Below the pieces are notes generated by a model that worked only from the letters and a program-made list of their open reading frames with translations, was not told where the DNA came from and did not search any database. A stretch of 32,000 bases of DNA from Rhizobium helianthi (GTDB lineage Bacteria > Pseudomonadota > Alphaproteobacteria > Rhizobiales > Rhizobiaceae): assembly GCF_042680945.1 (NCBI RefSeq), contig NZ_JBHUEQ010000003.1, positions 88,804 through 120,803 of the forward strand, in the 5' to 3' direction. This document shows positions 24,118 through 31,758 of the stretch, one piece after another (position 1 is the first letter of the stretch; each line of letters starts with the position of its first letter). The position numbers and the translations under genes were made by a program.

Positions 24118-25708
24118 TCACCCGTCCTGGCTCTTTGACGATTCACCAATTCCAGATCCGCACGGCAAAGGGCAGCGCGCCGTTGATTTTCTTCGCGCGC
24201 TGAAGCACCCCAAGAGCACCGCGCCTGGTCGAGCATTTCAGCTAGATCCGTGGGTCGAAAGGCTTGTGCGAAAGGTCTATGGCGACACAAAGCCGGACGG
24301 CACCCGCCGCATCAAGACGGTTTTCGCCCTCATTCCTCGCGGCAATCGCAAGACGACACTTGGCGCTGCTTTGTGCCTGCTGGCGCTAGGGCCGGAGCGC
24401 GTTCCGGGGTCGCAGGTGGTTAGCGCAGCCGTTGACCGCGATCAGGCGCGTATCGCGCTTGAAGAGATGAAGGGCGTGATCGCGGCTCATCCAAGGCTCG
24501 AAGCTGCGTTCCATGTGCAGGACACCAAGAACCGGATAACGCACCGAAAGTCTTCGGCATTTTACCGCGCCATGTCAGCGGATGCCGCAACCGCTCACGG
24601 ACGCACGCCAGTTTTCGCACTGGTGGACGAATTGCACGCCTGGAAAAAACGCGACCTTTGGGACGCTATCAAGACAGGCCTTGTGAAGACGCCGGGCAGC
24701 TTGCTGGTAGTTACGACCACGGCAGGCATAGGCCACGAGAACATCGCGTATGAGACGTACAAATATGCGAAGGCAGTAGCGACCGGTCAGATTGAAGACG
24801 ATGCCTTCTTGCCCATTATATTCGAGGCGGATCCGAAGGAAGACTGGCGCGACGAGGCCGTGTGGCATCGCGTGAATCCTGGCCTATCCTGTAACCCGCC
24901 CTACCCGGACATTGTCGGCTTGCGCCAGATGGTGCGGGAAGCCGAACACAGGCCAGCCGATCGCGAAATGATCCGTCAACTGCACTTGAACGTGTGGCTG
25001 GACGGCGCTGCTAACCCGGAGTGGTCCCTCGACGTTTGGGACGAGAACGCAGGCGAGCTTGATCTGTCCGAATTGGAGGGGCGGCCCGCTTGGGTGGGTG
25101 TCGACTTGGCAAAGAGAATTGACCTCTGCGCAGTCGCCATTGCCATCCCCATGGAGGACGGACGGACGGCGTTGCACGTTCAATCGTTCTGTCCGGCTGG
25201 CACAATTCGCAAACGCACTGACGGCGTTCCTTATCCGCTATGGCGCGACCAAGGCTACCTCACGGAATGCCCTGGAGACGCCATCGACCTCGAATTGGTG
25301 GAAAACTACATCCGCGGCCTCTGTGAGCGGTTCCAAGTCGAAGAAATCGCTTTTGACCGGTGGCACGCTCAAGACGTGATGAAGTCGCTTGAGGCGGATG
25401 GACTGCCGGTGGCGGAGTTTCCGCAGAACATCGCCACTTTCGCCCGCCCTGTTATTGACTTCGAAGCGGCCATGTTTGACCGAAAGCTTGTTCATGGCGG
25501 AAATCCGCTGCTGCGTTGGGCTGTAGGCAATGTCGTGCTTTACACCGACGGCAGCGGAAACCGGCGCCCGCTGAAAGAGAAATCAATCGACAAGATCGAC
25601 CCCGCAGTTGCCGCCATCATCGCCAACGGACGCGCCGCGCAAGGCGTTTCAGGCCGCTCAAGCTACGACGATGCGGATTTGTCCGATTTGTCGTTGTTTG
25701 CGGTTTAA
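24086..25708 (+). CDS. terL: phage terminase large subunit
   Basis: 540 aa. It has a Walker A-like PRGNRKTT, a Walker B VFALVDELHAW, and a C-terminal nuclease domain. The start overlaps terS by 32 nt. Confidence 0.92.
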   Translation: MTKTTPYLPSSHPSWLFDDSPIPDPHGKGQRAVDFLRALKHPKSTAPGRAFQLDPWVERLVRKVYGDTKPDGTRRIKTVFALIPRGNRKTTLGAALCLLALGPERVPGSQVVSAAVDRDQARIALEEMKGVIAAHPRLEAAFHVQDTKNRITHRKSSAFYRAMSADAATAHGRTPVFALVDELHAWKKRDLWDAIKTGLVKTPGSLLVVTTTAGIGHENIAYETYKYAKAVATGQIEDDAFLPIIFEADPKEDWRDEAVWHRVNPGLSCNPPYPDIVGLRQMVREAEHRPADREMIRQLHLNVWLDGAANPEWSLDVWDENAGELDLSELEGRPAWVGVDLAKRIDLCAVAIAIPMEDGRTALHVQSFCPAGTIRKRTDGVPYPLWRDQGYLTECPGDAIDLELVENYIRGLCERFQVEEIAFDRWHAQDVMKSLEADGLPVAEFPQNIATFARPVIDFEAAMFDRKLVHGGNPLLRWAVGNVVLYTDGSGNRRPLKEKSIDKIDPAVAAIIANGRAAQGVSGRSSYDDADLSDLSLFAV

Positions 25709-25714
25709 GGGAAT

Positions 25715-25740
25715 GCCACGCCCATAGCTCAGGGCGTGGC
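25715..25740. terminator. hairpin between convergent terL and lipoprotein genes
   Basis: A 9-bp stem GCCACGCCC (25715-25723) / GGGCGTGGC (25732-25740). There is no T-run, and the right arm overlaps the lipoprotein 3' end. Confidence 0.35.
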
Positions 25741-26127
25741 AGGCGGAGCACGCTTGAAAGCTATGCCCGTTGCGATAACAGCCGACCAGCAATTCTTAAC
25801 TATTGCGCCCGGGTCCGGCACGACTTGCACGGAATGCACGGTGTCAAAGCCTTTTGCCGCTGCGTCCTGCTTCATCAATGCGGTAGCGTTTTCTGGGCTT
25901 GGGTCTGGATCCCAAAGCTTGTTCTTGCATGAATGGCCGGACACACGAGCGGTAGCGGCGCCGAGTGGCGGGCCAGTGTCAACGATAGCAACGGCCACTG
26001 TATCGCGCACGTCCTTCTTGGGCTCAACCCAAGTGCGCGTCAGACTTACATCAGAGTTTTGCGCAGTCGTGCCGCATCCGGCAAGGGCAAGCGCAGCCAC
26101 GAATGGCACCAGCAACTTCGACTTCAT
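25729..26127 (-). CDS. lipoprotein on the opposite strand inside the structural region (moron), RcsF-like pattern
   Basis: It has a lipobox (MKSKLLVPFVAALALAGC). The segment VSGHSCKNK..DPDPS...A..LMK..AA.KG...V........PG....C....I..G.AF aligns by eye with the E. coli RcsF C-terminal domain (VSGDSCQAS..DSPPS...). Confidence 0.65.
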   Translation of the reverse strand: MKSKLLVPFVAALALAGCGTTAQNSDVSLTRTWVEPKKDVRDTVAVAIVDTGPPLGAATARVSGHSCKNKLWDPDPSPENATALMKQDAAAKGFDTVHSVQVVPDPGAIVKNCWSAVIATGIAFKRAPPATP

Positions 26128-26277
26128 CGATCATCCCCCACACGCAACTCAACTTCCGATGGCGTGCGGGCGAAGTCAATAGGCCGAGACCACAGCCCGC
26201 CACTGAGCGGGCTTTTTCACACCAACCACACACGAGACCAACCAAACCGCCGGTCGCACCGGCTGGAGGGAAGAACC

Positions 26278-26490
26278 ATGTCAAATTCCACTGCATATGT
26301 GCTCAGCGTGTTTGCTGGAAACCTCACTGATGCGCTCGTCAAATCGGGTGCGCTAACGCCCGCGGCAGCTCGCGAAGTTTTTGCCGAAGTTGTCAACCGC
26401 CGAGATGCTGTGGTGGATGAAGAAGCGGCGAATCTAACTAAGTATTTTTCTTGCGGCTCAACTGAGTTTTGGCCGGAGGAGGCGCGCTAA
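26278..26490 (+). CDS. hypothetical small protein translationally coupled to the tailspike gene
   Basis: GGAGGG lies upstream of ATG 26278. The protein is 70 aa, and its stop overlaps the next start (TAATG). Confidence 0.5.
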   Translation: MSNSTAYVLSVFAGNLTDALVKSGALTPAAAREVFAEVVNRRDAVVDEEAANLTKYFSCGSTEFWPEEAR

Positions 26491-29162
26491 TGGCACTGCT
26501 TTCCTACCAGTCACAGGATATCTTTGCGCCTGCCAATGAAAACGGACAGCTGCGCTCGCCGTCTTTGCAGGAAGTGCAGGTTTGGGGCACGGAAATTGAG
26601 GCGCTTGTTGACTCCATTGCGACCTCAGCGGCAATCTTTGACACGCGCGCAAACCTTTACTCGTCGCTTGCCTATGCGGCCAACACGTTGGCGTGGGTGG
26701 TGAATGACGCTACGGCGGCATACAACGGCATCTATCGCAAGTCGGGCGCTTCCGGCTCTGGTTCATGGACGCGCGTTGCTGATCTGCCTTACAGCTTGAT
26801 TGTGGCGAGCAATTCTGGCGCCGGTACGGCAAACGCCATCGTAGCCACCACGGCTATTCCAGTCTCGGAATCCGCTCTTGTGCTGCTGAATGTTGCGGCA
26901 AACAACACGGCAAGTCCGGTGACAGTAGCGTTCAACGGTGGCTCCGCCCTGACCGTGAAGGCCAACAGCGGCAACGACATCGTACCAGGCGGCTTGGTCT
27001 CCGGCATGTTGTTGCTTGGTCGTGTGTCTGGTTCTACATTCAGGCTTGTTAGCGATCAGGCTAGCTCTGCGATCCAAGCCGCCGCCGAAGCGGCTGCAAA
27101 TCAAGCCGCGGCGGAGGCTGACCGTGCAGAAGCTGCGGCGACGGTTGCGTCTGGCGCGATGACCACCGTGCTCGATCCACAGTTCGCCACGCTTGCGGCT
27201 GCCTCTGCGTTCTCTCCTGCTGTGGCCCCGGACTACATACGCACGGCTGGCTATTCCGCTGCTGGAGATGGTGGCGGCGCTCTTTACAAGAAGGTTGCAT
27301 CCGGGCCAAGCCACGCCGGAAAGTTCTCCATCACACTAAGCGGTGGCGGGACAGCGTGGTATGAGTTGGCTAACGGTCAACCGATCTATGCGGAGATGTT
27401 CGGTGCTGTGGGTCACCAGACGGATGCTGCGGCTCTTGCAGATGACGGGACGGTTACCACGCAGGCGATCATCAATGGGCGAGCCTTCCTTCGTGGTAGG
27501 TCAACCGCCCTGAGTACGGATGGTATCAGCGGCAAAGCGATCACCGCCTATGCCTCCGGTGTTCTCAATCTCGGAAGAGGAATTTTCTGCGTTAAGCCAG
27601 ATATGCTCGCTACGGATCAAGATATTGGCTTCATCATCCGAGGACAGGGCAATTCTGGTCGCACCAACTATATGCGTGGGCTGACCACCCTGCTTATTCG
27701 GGGAGCTTCTTCTGGATATGGTCTACGCTGGTATGGCAACGGCGGGCGAAGCGGCGGACTTGAAGATTTAGACCTCTGCTACGAAAGCGCATCGTTCACA
27801 GGTGACATGCTTGACATCATGGGTGGCGTTGGCACGTCCCCGCGGCGCGTAAGTTTTGACAGTTTCGGCAAGACGGGCGGGACAGCGCTATTTACGGCGC
27901 GCTCCAACGTGTCAATCGCGTACGAAGAGTTCTTCCACCCGAAAGATTGCACCTTCAGTGGTGCCAATATCAGCGTCTACTCCCCTTCTACTAACGGGGA
28001 GAAAGTCGTATCTAGACTGACTGGTTCCATCAGCGGAAATACCTTGACTGTGACAGCCCTTAACGAGGGCAATCTTGACGTAGGGCAAAGGCTATACGGC
28101 ACAGGTGTTGCTGAGGGAACCGCGATCACCGAACTTGGCACTGGATCTGGAGGGGTTGGCACGTATACCGTGAACATCAGCCAGTCGGTGTCTTCCCGTG
28201 CGATGACGACTGATATCTCTTTCGGCGGAAGTTGCACGGAGATCGACGCAACCAACGTTTTTTACGATTGCGGCGCCAAGTACGTAGAGCATCGAGCCGA
28301 TAAGGCTCGCTATAACTTCCAGTTCAGTGGGGTAATCAATCCGATACGCAAGGCAAGTACGACAGCAATTGATCTGAGAAACGTAAACACTGTAAGCTTA
28401 GTCGGAATTATGATGCACGGTTCTGTCGGGTTCGGTGCGTCGGATCGCTGGATTTATCTGGAAAATTGCACAGGGAGCCTGTGTGATAATCAGTTTGGTC
28501 CTGGGGCGCCGGAAGCTGCTTATGTTCTGAACTGTCAAATGGAAATCAGTAGTAACTTCCTGCACAATGAAGCCCTAGGATTTGTTTTGCTTGGGGGTGT
28601 AATTAACGGCAAGTCAAACCGCTTCAGTGGATCGGGCATTGGTTGGCGTGTTGCACCTGCCGCGAAGTTAACGGGTCAGATTGGTCCCGACGTGTTCGAC
28701 GCAACGATGACGACCTCCTATCTCATTGACCCGCCGAGCAGTCTGGCGCAAATGCGTGTTAACTACGATAAAGACCTCGATCGCAGCACAGGAAAGTTCA
28801 GTATCGCTTCAGGTTCACGCAACGTGCAAATACTTGGCAGTGGCGAGCGTGAGTACACTGATACTACGGGAAATTACTCAACGTTTGATACTGGCAAAAC
28901 GCTGATTATGAACGCGTCTGGGGCCATGAATTATACTGTCCCCCCACCATTTCACAACTGTGAACTTATGATCTACAAGCCGGTTGGTTTCAGTCTCACA
29001 CTCAACACCAGTTCCGCAAACAGGTTCAGTATCGGGTCGGGCGGAACCAAAACGCAGTTAACGAGTGCCGCTACTGATATCGGTGCATTCGCTAAGCTCA
29101 GGGGATTAGGAACTTCTGACTGGATTGTTGAGAGCCTTGTGGGGACTTGGACATCCGCCTGA
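26490..29162 (+). CDS. tail fiber / tailspike-like protein with a pectate-lyase-type beta-helix (putative depolymerase or receptor-binding protein)
   Basis: 890 aa from ATG 26490. After an N-terminal anchor region comes an Ala-rich coiled coil ([24 protein letters not shown]). This is followed by the motif [20 protein letters not shown], typical of Pectate_lyase_3/tailspike domains, and then long beta-helix-like repeats. The 3' third is visibly lower in GC. Confidence 0.78.
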   Translation: MALLSYQSQDIFAPANENGQLRSPSLQEVQVWGTEIEALVDSIATSAAIFDTRANLYSSLAYAANTLAWVVNDATAAYNGIYRKSGASGSGSWTRVADLPYSLIVASNSGAGTANAIVATTAIPVSESALVLLNVAANNTASPVTVAFNGGSALTVKANSGNDIVPGGLVSGMLLLGRVSGSTFRLVSDQASSAIQAAAEAAANQAAAEADRAEAAATVASGAMTTVLDPQFATLAAASAFSPAVAPDYIRTAGYSAAGDGGGALYKKVASGPSHAGKFSITLSGGGTAWYELANGQPIYAEMFGAVGHQTDAAALADDGTVTTQAIINGRAFLRGRSTALSTDGISGKAITAYASGVLNLGRGIFCVKPDMLATDQDIGFIIRGQGNSGRTNYMRGLTTLLIRGASSGYGLRWYGNGGRSGGLEDLDLCYESASFTGDMLDIMGGVGTSPRRVSFDSFGKTGGTALFTARSNVSIAYEEFFHPKDCTFSGANISVYSPSTNGEKVVSRLTGSISGNTLTVTALNEGNLDVGQRLYGTGVAEGTAITELGTGSGGVGTYTVNISQSVSSRAMTTDISFGGSCTEIDATNVFYDCGAKYVEHRADKARYNFQFSGVINPIRKASTTAIDLRNVNTVSLVGIMMHGSVGFGASDRWIYLENCTGSLCDNQFGPGAPEAAYVLNCQMEISSNFLHNEALGFVLLGGVINGKSNRFSGSGIGWRVAPAAKLTGQIGPDVFDATMTTSYLIDPPSSLAQMRVNYDKDLDRSTGKFSIASGSRNVQILGSGEREYTDTTGNYSTFDTGKTLIMNASGAMNYTVPPPFHNCELMIYKPVGFSLTLNTSSANRFSIGSGGTKTQLTSAATDIGAFAKLRGLGTSDWIVESLVGTWTSA

Positions 29163-29222
29163 TTGGAGTCGTCGGGCGGCGAGGCTTCTTACAGCCAGAG
29201 CCGCCCAAACCGCCTAGATGAG

Positions 29223-29723
29223 TTAGCCAGACCGTCTACGGAGCCGAGCCTTCAAGCCGTTGCCTGGTGGCGCAAGCACGATGATGCTGATGTCAACAAA
29301 ACCGTTATCTCCGACCCAGACTGCATAGAGTTCGCCCGCCACGGGTAAACCTTTATCGATCAGGTCGCGATTTATCTCTCTGGCTAGATCCCTTTCGAGG
29401 TAGCCGATTTGCCATTCACGTTGGCCAGCGAATCCCATCACAGCGATGGCGTTTGCGTCATATCTATTACTGGGCTCGGGAATGAGCCTCACGCCGTATA
29501 TCAATCCGCCCCTTTCCGCTGCTCTGACCGCAGCTATGAAAGCGGAAACGTCCCTTTTTCGGTGCTGGACACCAGCAACTTTCACAACGGTCGTTGTCTG
29601 CACCCAATTCCCATCGGGCATGTGACGATGCTGCCCAAAACGCCCCGAAGCTTGCGCACCTAAAGGCGCCGTTTCGTTCGCATTCGGTGAGCTATATCCG
29701 AACAGCCAACCCCACAGGCTCAT
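29223..29723 (-). CDS. HIRAN domain-containing protein
   Basis: The start is set at ATG 29723 (MSLWGWLFG). The core VKVAGVQHRKRDVSAFI....GVRLIPEPSNRYDANAIAV......IGYLERDLA fits the HIRAN pattern (VGxxxy...L.REP.N.yD.nAI.V....G.iGYl). Confidence 0.7.
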   Translation of the reverse strand: MSLWGWLFGYSSPNANETAPLGAQASGRFGQHRHMPDGNWVQTTTVVKVAGVQHRKRDVSAFIAAVRAAERGGLIYGVRLIPEPSNRYDANAIAVMGFAGQREWQIGYLERDLAREINRDLIDKGLPVAGELYAVWVGDNGFVDISIIVLAPPGNGLKARLRRRSG

Positions 29724-29832
29724 AACGTTCCCCCAGCGCCATGTACGTAGGGTTGCGTATAGTGTGGGGATAGTCAACCGTACTCTGCCCCGAAAGCGAC
29801 CGGCTAGGCGGCGAGGCTTCTATGCGCAGACA

Positions 29833-30429
29833 TCAGGAACGGGTGCGCCACGTCCGTTCGCGGTAGATTTCCGTGCGGCCTTCGTCGGTGATGTGCCAAT
29901 GCTGCCTTCCGTCCGCATCCTTGCCGCCAGCGCGCACGCAGCCGACCTTGGCTATGTATTCCATCGTTTTCACGCCGGCATCGGGTATCACGTCGGTCGT
30001 AGTGCAATCGGGGTGGTCGATCATAAAGGCGAGGACGCGCAGCTGCACCGCATTCAGCCCGTGCCGCGGCTTGAGTTTGTCGCGTTCCGCCTTGCGTGCT
30101 CGCCAGCTATCCACGGTGCCGCGCTTGGGATTTGGGTTGGGCGTGCGTGGTGGGGAAAAACTGCCGCTGCCGAACTTGCCGTGTTCACGTTCCCATCGGT
30201 CAAATTCGTCCTCTTGATTGTGGTTCACGGCGAGCCCGCCGATGGCGTTAAGTTTGTCTTCAATTGCCGCCTTGTCCCATCTACGCGTGCCGGGAATAGG
30301 CGGCGGCATGATGTGGGTGCGCACCCACATTGAGAACGTGGATGGGGCAATACCGCAAAGCGCTGCGGCTTGTGGGCGGGACAGGAGGCGGGGCTCGATC
30401 TTCATTGGCGGGTTCTTCGGCGCTTCCAT
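29833..30429 (-). CDS. DNA-binding protein: N-terminal AlpA/Xis-like HTH plus a C-terminal winged-helix-like domain
   Basis: The segment LLSRPQAAALCGIAPSTFSMWVRTHIMPPPIPGTRRWDKAAIE is excisionase/AlpA-like. The C-terminal LNAVQLRVLAFMIDHPDCTTTDV...HWHITDEG looks MarR/wHTH-like. Confidence 0.55.
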   Translation of the reverse strand: MEAPKNPPMKIEPRLLSRPQAAALCGIAPSTFSMWVRTHIMPPPIPGTRRWDKAAIEDKLNAIGGLAVNHNQEDEFDRWEREHGKFGSGSFSPPRTPNPNPKRGTVDSWRARKAERDKLKPRHGLNAVQLRVLAFMIDHPDCTTTDVIPDAGVKTMEYIAKVGCVRAGGKDADGRQHWHITDEGRTEIYRERTWRTRS

Positions 30430-30651
30430 TCGCCTAGCCTTTCTTCTCCGTCAGGCGCGGCAGCCGCGAAGCCAAAAAATTTGGTGTATCTTTTCGTCGG
30501 ATTAGTTTCAGCGGCACGGCTCACCTTCCACAATTGGCGCCGCCGAGAGGCGGAGAGTTACCCATTCGTTGGTGGGCCGGGCTGGGGGAGCCGCGTGGCG
30601 TTGGTGAAGCGCAGTTGAAAGCTAACGCGCTGAAATGCCCCGAGTCAATGT

Positions 30652-30888
30652 TCAATCGGAAGGATTGCGAAGGCGAACGCCCAAGCCGCCCGTAGTCGTT
30701 TCGCCATCAGCTAGAAAGATAACATGTGTTTCTAGCACCTTGCGCAGTGCTTCCAGAGTCGATTGCTTCGCGTCCGCTCCGTTCTCGATTCGTGTGATTG
30801 TGTTCGCAGTTACGCCAGCAAGCCGGGCCAACTCGCGAACCCCTAGACCCACCGCGGCCCGCGCCATTTTTAATTGAACAGCCTTCAT
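30652..30888 (-). CDS. XRE-family HTH transcriptional regulator (cI/Cro-like; candidate master repressor)
   Basis: The start is set at ATG 30888. The segment LKMARAAVGLGVRELARLAGVTANTITRIENG is a canonical HTH_XRE. Confidence 0.8.
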   Translation of the reverse strand: MKAVQLKMARAAVGLGVRELARLAGVTANTITRIENGADAKQSTLEALRKVLETHVIFLADGETTTGGLGVRLRNPSD

Positions 30889-30891
30889 TTT

Positions 30892-30958
30892 GGTACCTTG
30901 TACAAATATGTATTGACACGGAACCAAAAATAGCTATCGTGTCGGTACAGTGTACAAA
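30892..30958. promoter_or_regulatory. divergent promoter/operator region with two 15-bp direct repeats
   Basis: The repeats GGTACCTTGTACAAA (30892-30906) and GGTACAGTGTACAAA (30944-30958) match at 13 of 15 positions and start 52 bp apart. They flank TTGACA (30913-30918), a 16-nt spacer, and TATCGT (30935-30940) on the plus strand. Confidence 0.45.
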
Positions 30959-30992
30959 CACACTGATACGAAATCAACAGCGAGGCGCAAGG

Positions 30993-31391
30993 ATGCGAAC
31001 CGACCCGATTGGACAACCCTCCGACAGACTGCTCCTGCCAAGACGGCTTGTCCCAAGACGTGGGGCGCAGCTCGCCAATATTCAAAGCGCGCCTCGCGCC
31101 GATTTTCACCATCGCGTTACTGACGACGCGATGGCCCCGACTTACCGCCTGGACGATATTCTGTGCTGCGTCGCCGTTGACGCATTTTGCTGTGAGGGTG
31201 TCTACGTGATGGCACGCTCAGAAGTATTTCGATGCCGACGCGAGGGCGGTGTCATCGTCATGACACGCGACAACCCGGATTTTTTTAGCCGACGATGCGA
31301 CGTAAACTCTTTTGTCGACCTTGCGCCCGCGCTCGTGGTCGCGGACGTTCGCTTGTTACGTCCCGGTTGCTATCGCGACCTACAAAACTAG
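30993..31391 (+). CDS. S24 (LexA/cI C-terminal)-like protein with degenerate catalytic residues
   Basis: The start is set at ATG 30993. VTDDAMAPTYRLDDIL aligns with the V.GDSM.P....GD motif, with Ser replaced by Ala. No Lys is evident at the expected position (FRCRRE). The protein has no HTH domain. Confidence 0.45.
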   Translation: MRTDPIGQPSDRLLLPRRLVPRRGAQLANIQSAPRADFHHRVTDDAMAPTYRLDDILCCVAVDAFCCEGVYVMARSEVFRCRREGGVIVMTRDNPDFFSRRCDVNSFVDLAPALVVADVRLLRPGCYRDLQN

Positions 31392-31574
31392 AGCAAATTA
31401 CAGATTTCATGCCGCCTCGGCACCACCCTTGGGGCAATCCGGCCCATAGGGCGGCATGAGCGAACCAGCGCGGCCCACCAACTTCCGCAAGGAAGCGCAG
31501 CAGGTCAGCCCAAACCGTCGGTCTCAGGATCGGCGGTTTGCGGCGTTTTAAAGCGGGGAGAAAAAGTGGGGAAG

Positions 31575-31615
31575 AAGCACCTGTCCTCGGATTATCTCAA
31601 CGAAAACAGGTGCTT
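31575..31615 (-). terminator. 10-bp inverted repeat just inside attR; element-supplied hairpin downstream of tRNA-Asn
   Basis: AAGCACCTGT (31575-31584) / ACAGGTGCTT (31606-31615) with a 21-nt loop. On the minus strand it follows the tRNA 3' end by about 11 nt, and a TTTTT run comes 9 nt after the stem. Confidence 0.4.
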
Positions 31616-31622
31616 ACTTCTC

Positions 31623-31640
31623 AAACTGGCTCCCCGGGCC
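31623..31640. repeat. attR core: 18-bp direct repeat AAACTGGCTCCCCGGGCC
   Basis: It is identical to 14574-14591 and covers the last 14 nt of tRNA-Asn plus 4 nt downstream. Confidence 0.85.
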
Positions 31641-31701
31641 GGATTCGAACCGGCGACCTATCGATTAACAGTCGAGTGCTCTACCGCTGAGCTACCAGGG
31701 A
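31627..31701 (-). tRNA. tRNA-Asn (anticodon GTT), with encoded CCA
   Basis: The reverse complement is TCCCTGGTAGCTCAGCGGTAGAGCACTCGACTGTTAATCGATAGGTCGCCGGTTCGAATCCGGCCCGGGGAGCCA. It folds by hand into a 75-nt cloverleaf: a 7-bp acceptor stem with one G-U pair, D arm GCTC/GAGC, anticodon loop CTGTTAA, and T arm GCCGG/CCGGC with a TTCGAAT loop. Confidence 0.9.
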
Positions 31702-31729
31702 AAACCGCGTCGCCGCGGCGGTGAGCGGG

Positions 31730-31758
31730 GTAATACTCAGGCTGGTTCGATTTGCCAA
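31730..31758 (-). promoter_or_regulatory. putative sigma-70 promoter of tRNA-Asn
   Basis: On the minus strand it reads TTGGCA (31753-31758), a 17-nt spacer, then TATTAC (31730-31735). It sits about 28 nt upstream of the tRNA 5' end, and an A/T-rich tract (31763-31778) lies upstream as a possible UP element. Confidence 0.5.

Larger units (their letters stand above)
14574..31640. mobile_element. integrated tRNA-Asn-targeting element, about 17 kb; capsid-forming phage-satellite-like (cf-PICI-like)
   Basis: The boundaries are 18-bp direct repeats, and the right copy lies inside tRNA-Asn. The element has integrase, Xis, a replicon, a full head and packaging module and a tailspike. No tail-shaft or lysis genes are recognisable. 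Confidence 0.8.

Noticed and set aside
25933-26277. The upstream part of the 185-aa ORF 25933-26490.
   Set aside because: It overlaps the lipoprotein gene in antisense and is Arg/Ser/His-rich. Only the last 70 codons, from ATG 26278 with a GGAGGG SD, look like a gene.
29163-29663. Small plus-strand ORFs (61 aa and 84 aa) after the tailspike gene.
   Set aside because: They lie antisense to or overlap the well-supported HIRAN gene, and they have no SD or recognisable pattern.
14574-31640. Interpreting the element as a gene transfer agent or as a complete temperate phage.
   Set aside because: GTAs lack an integrase, att sites, their own replicon and a repressor switch, all of which are present here. 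A complete phage would need tail-shaft and lysis genes, and I cannot find any. A deletion-derived defective prophage cannot be fully excluded and is listed as the refutation condition.
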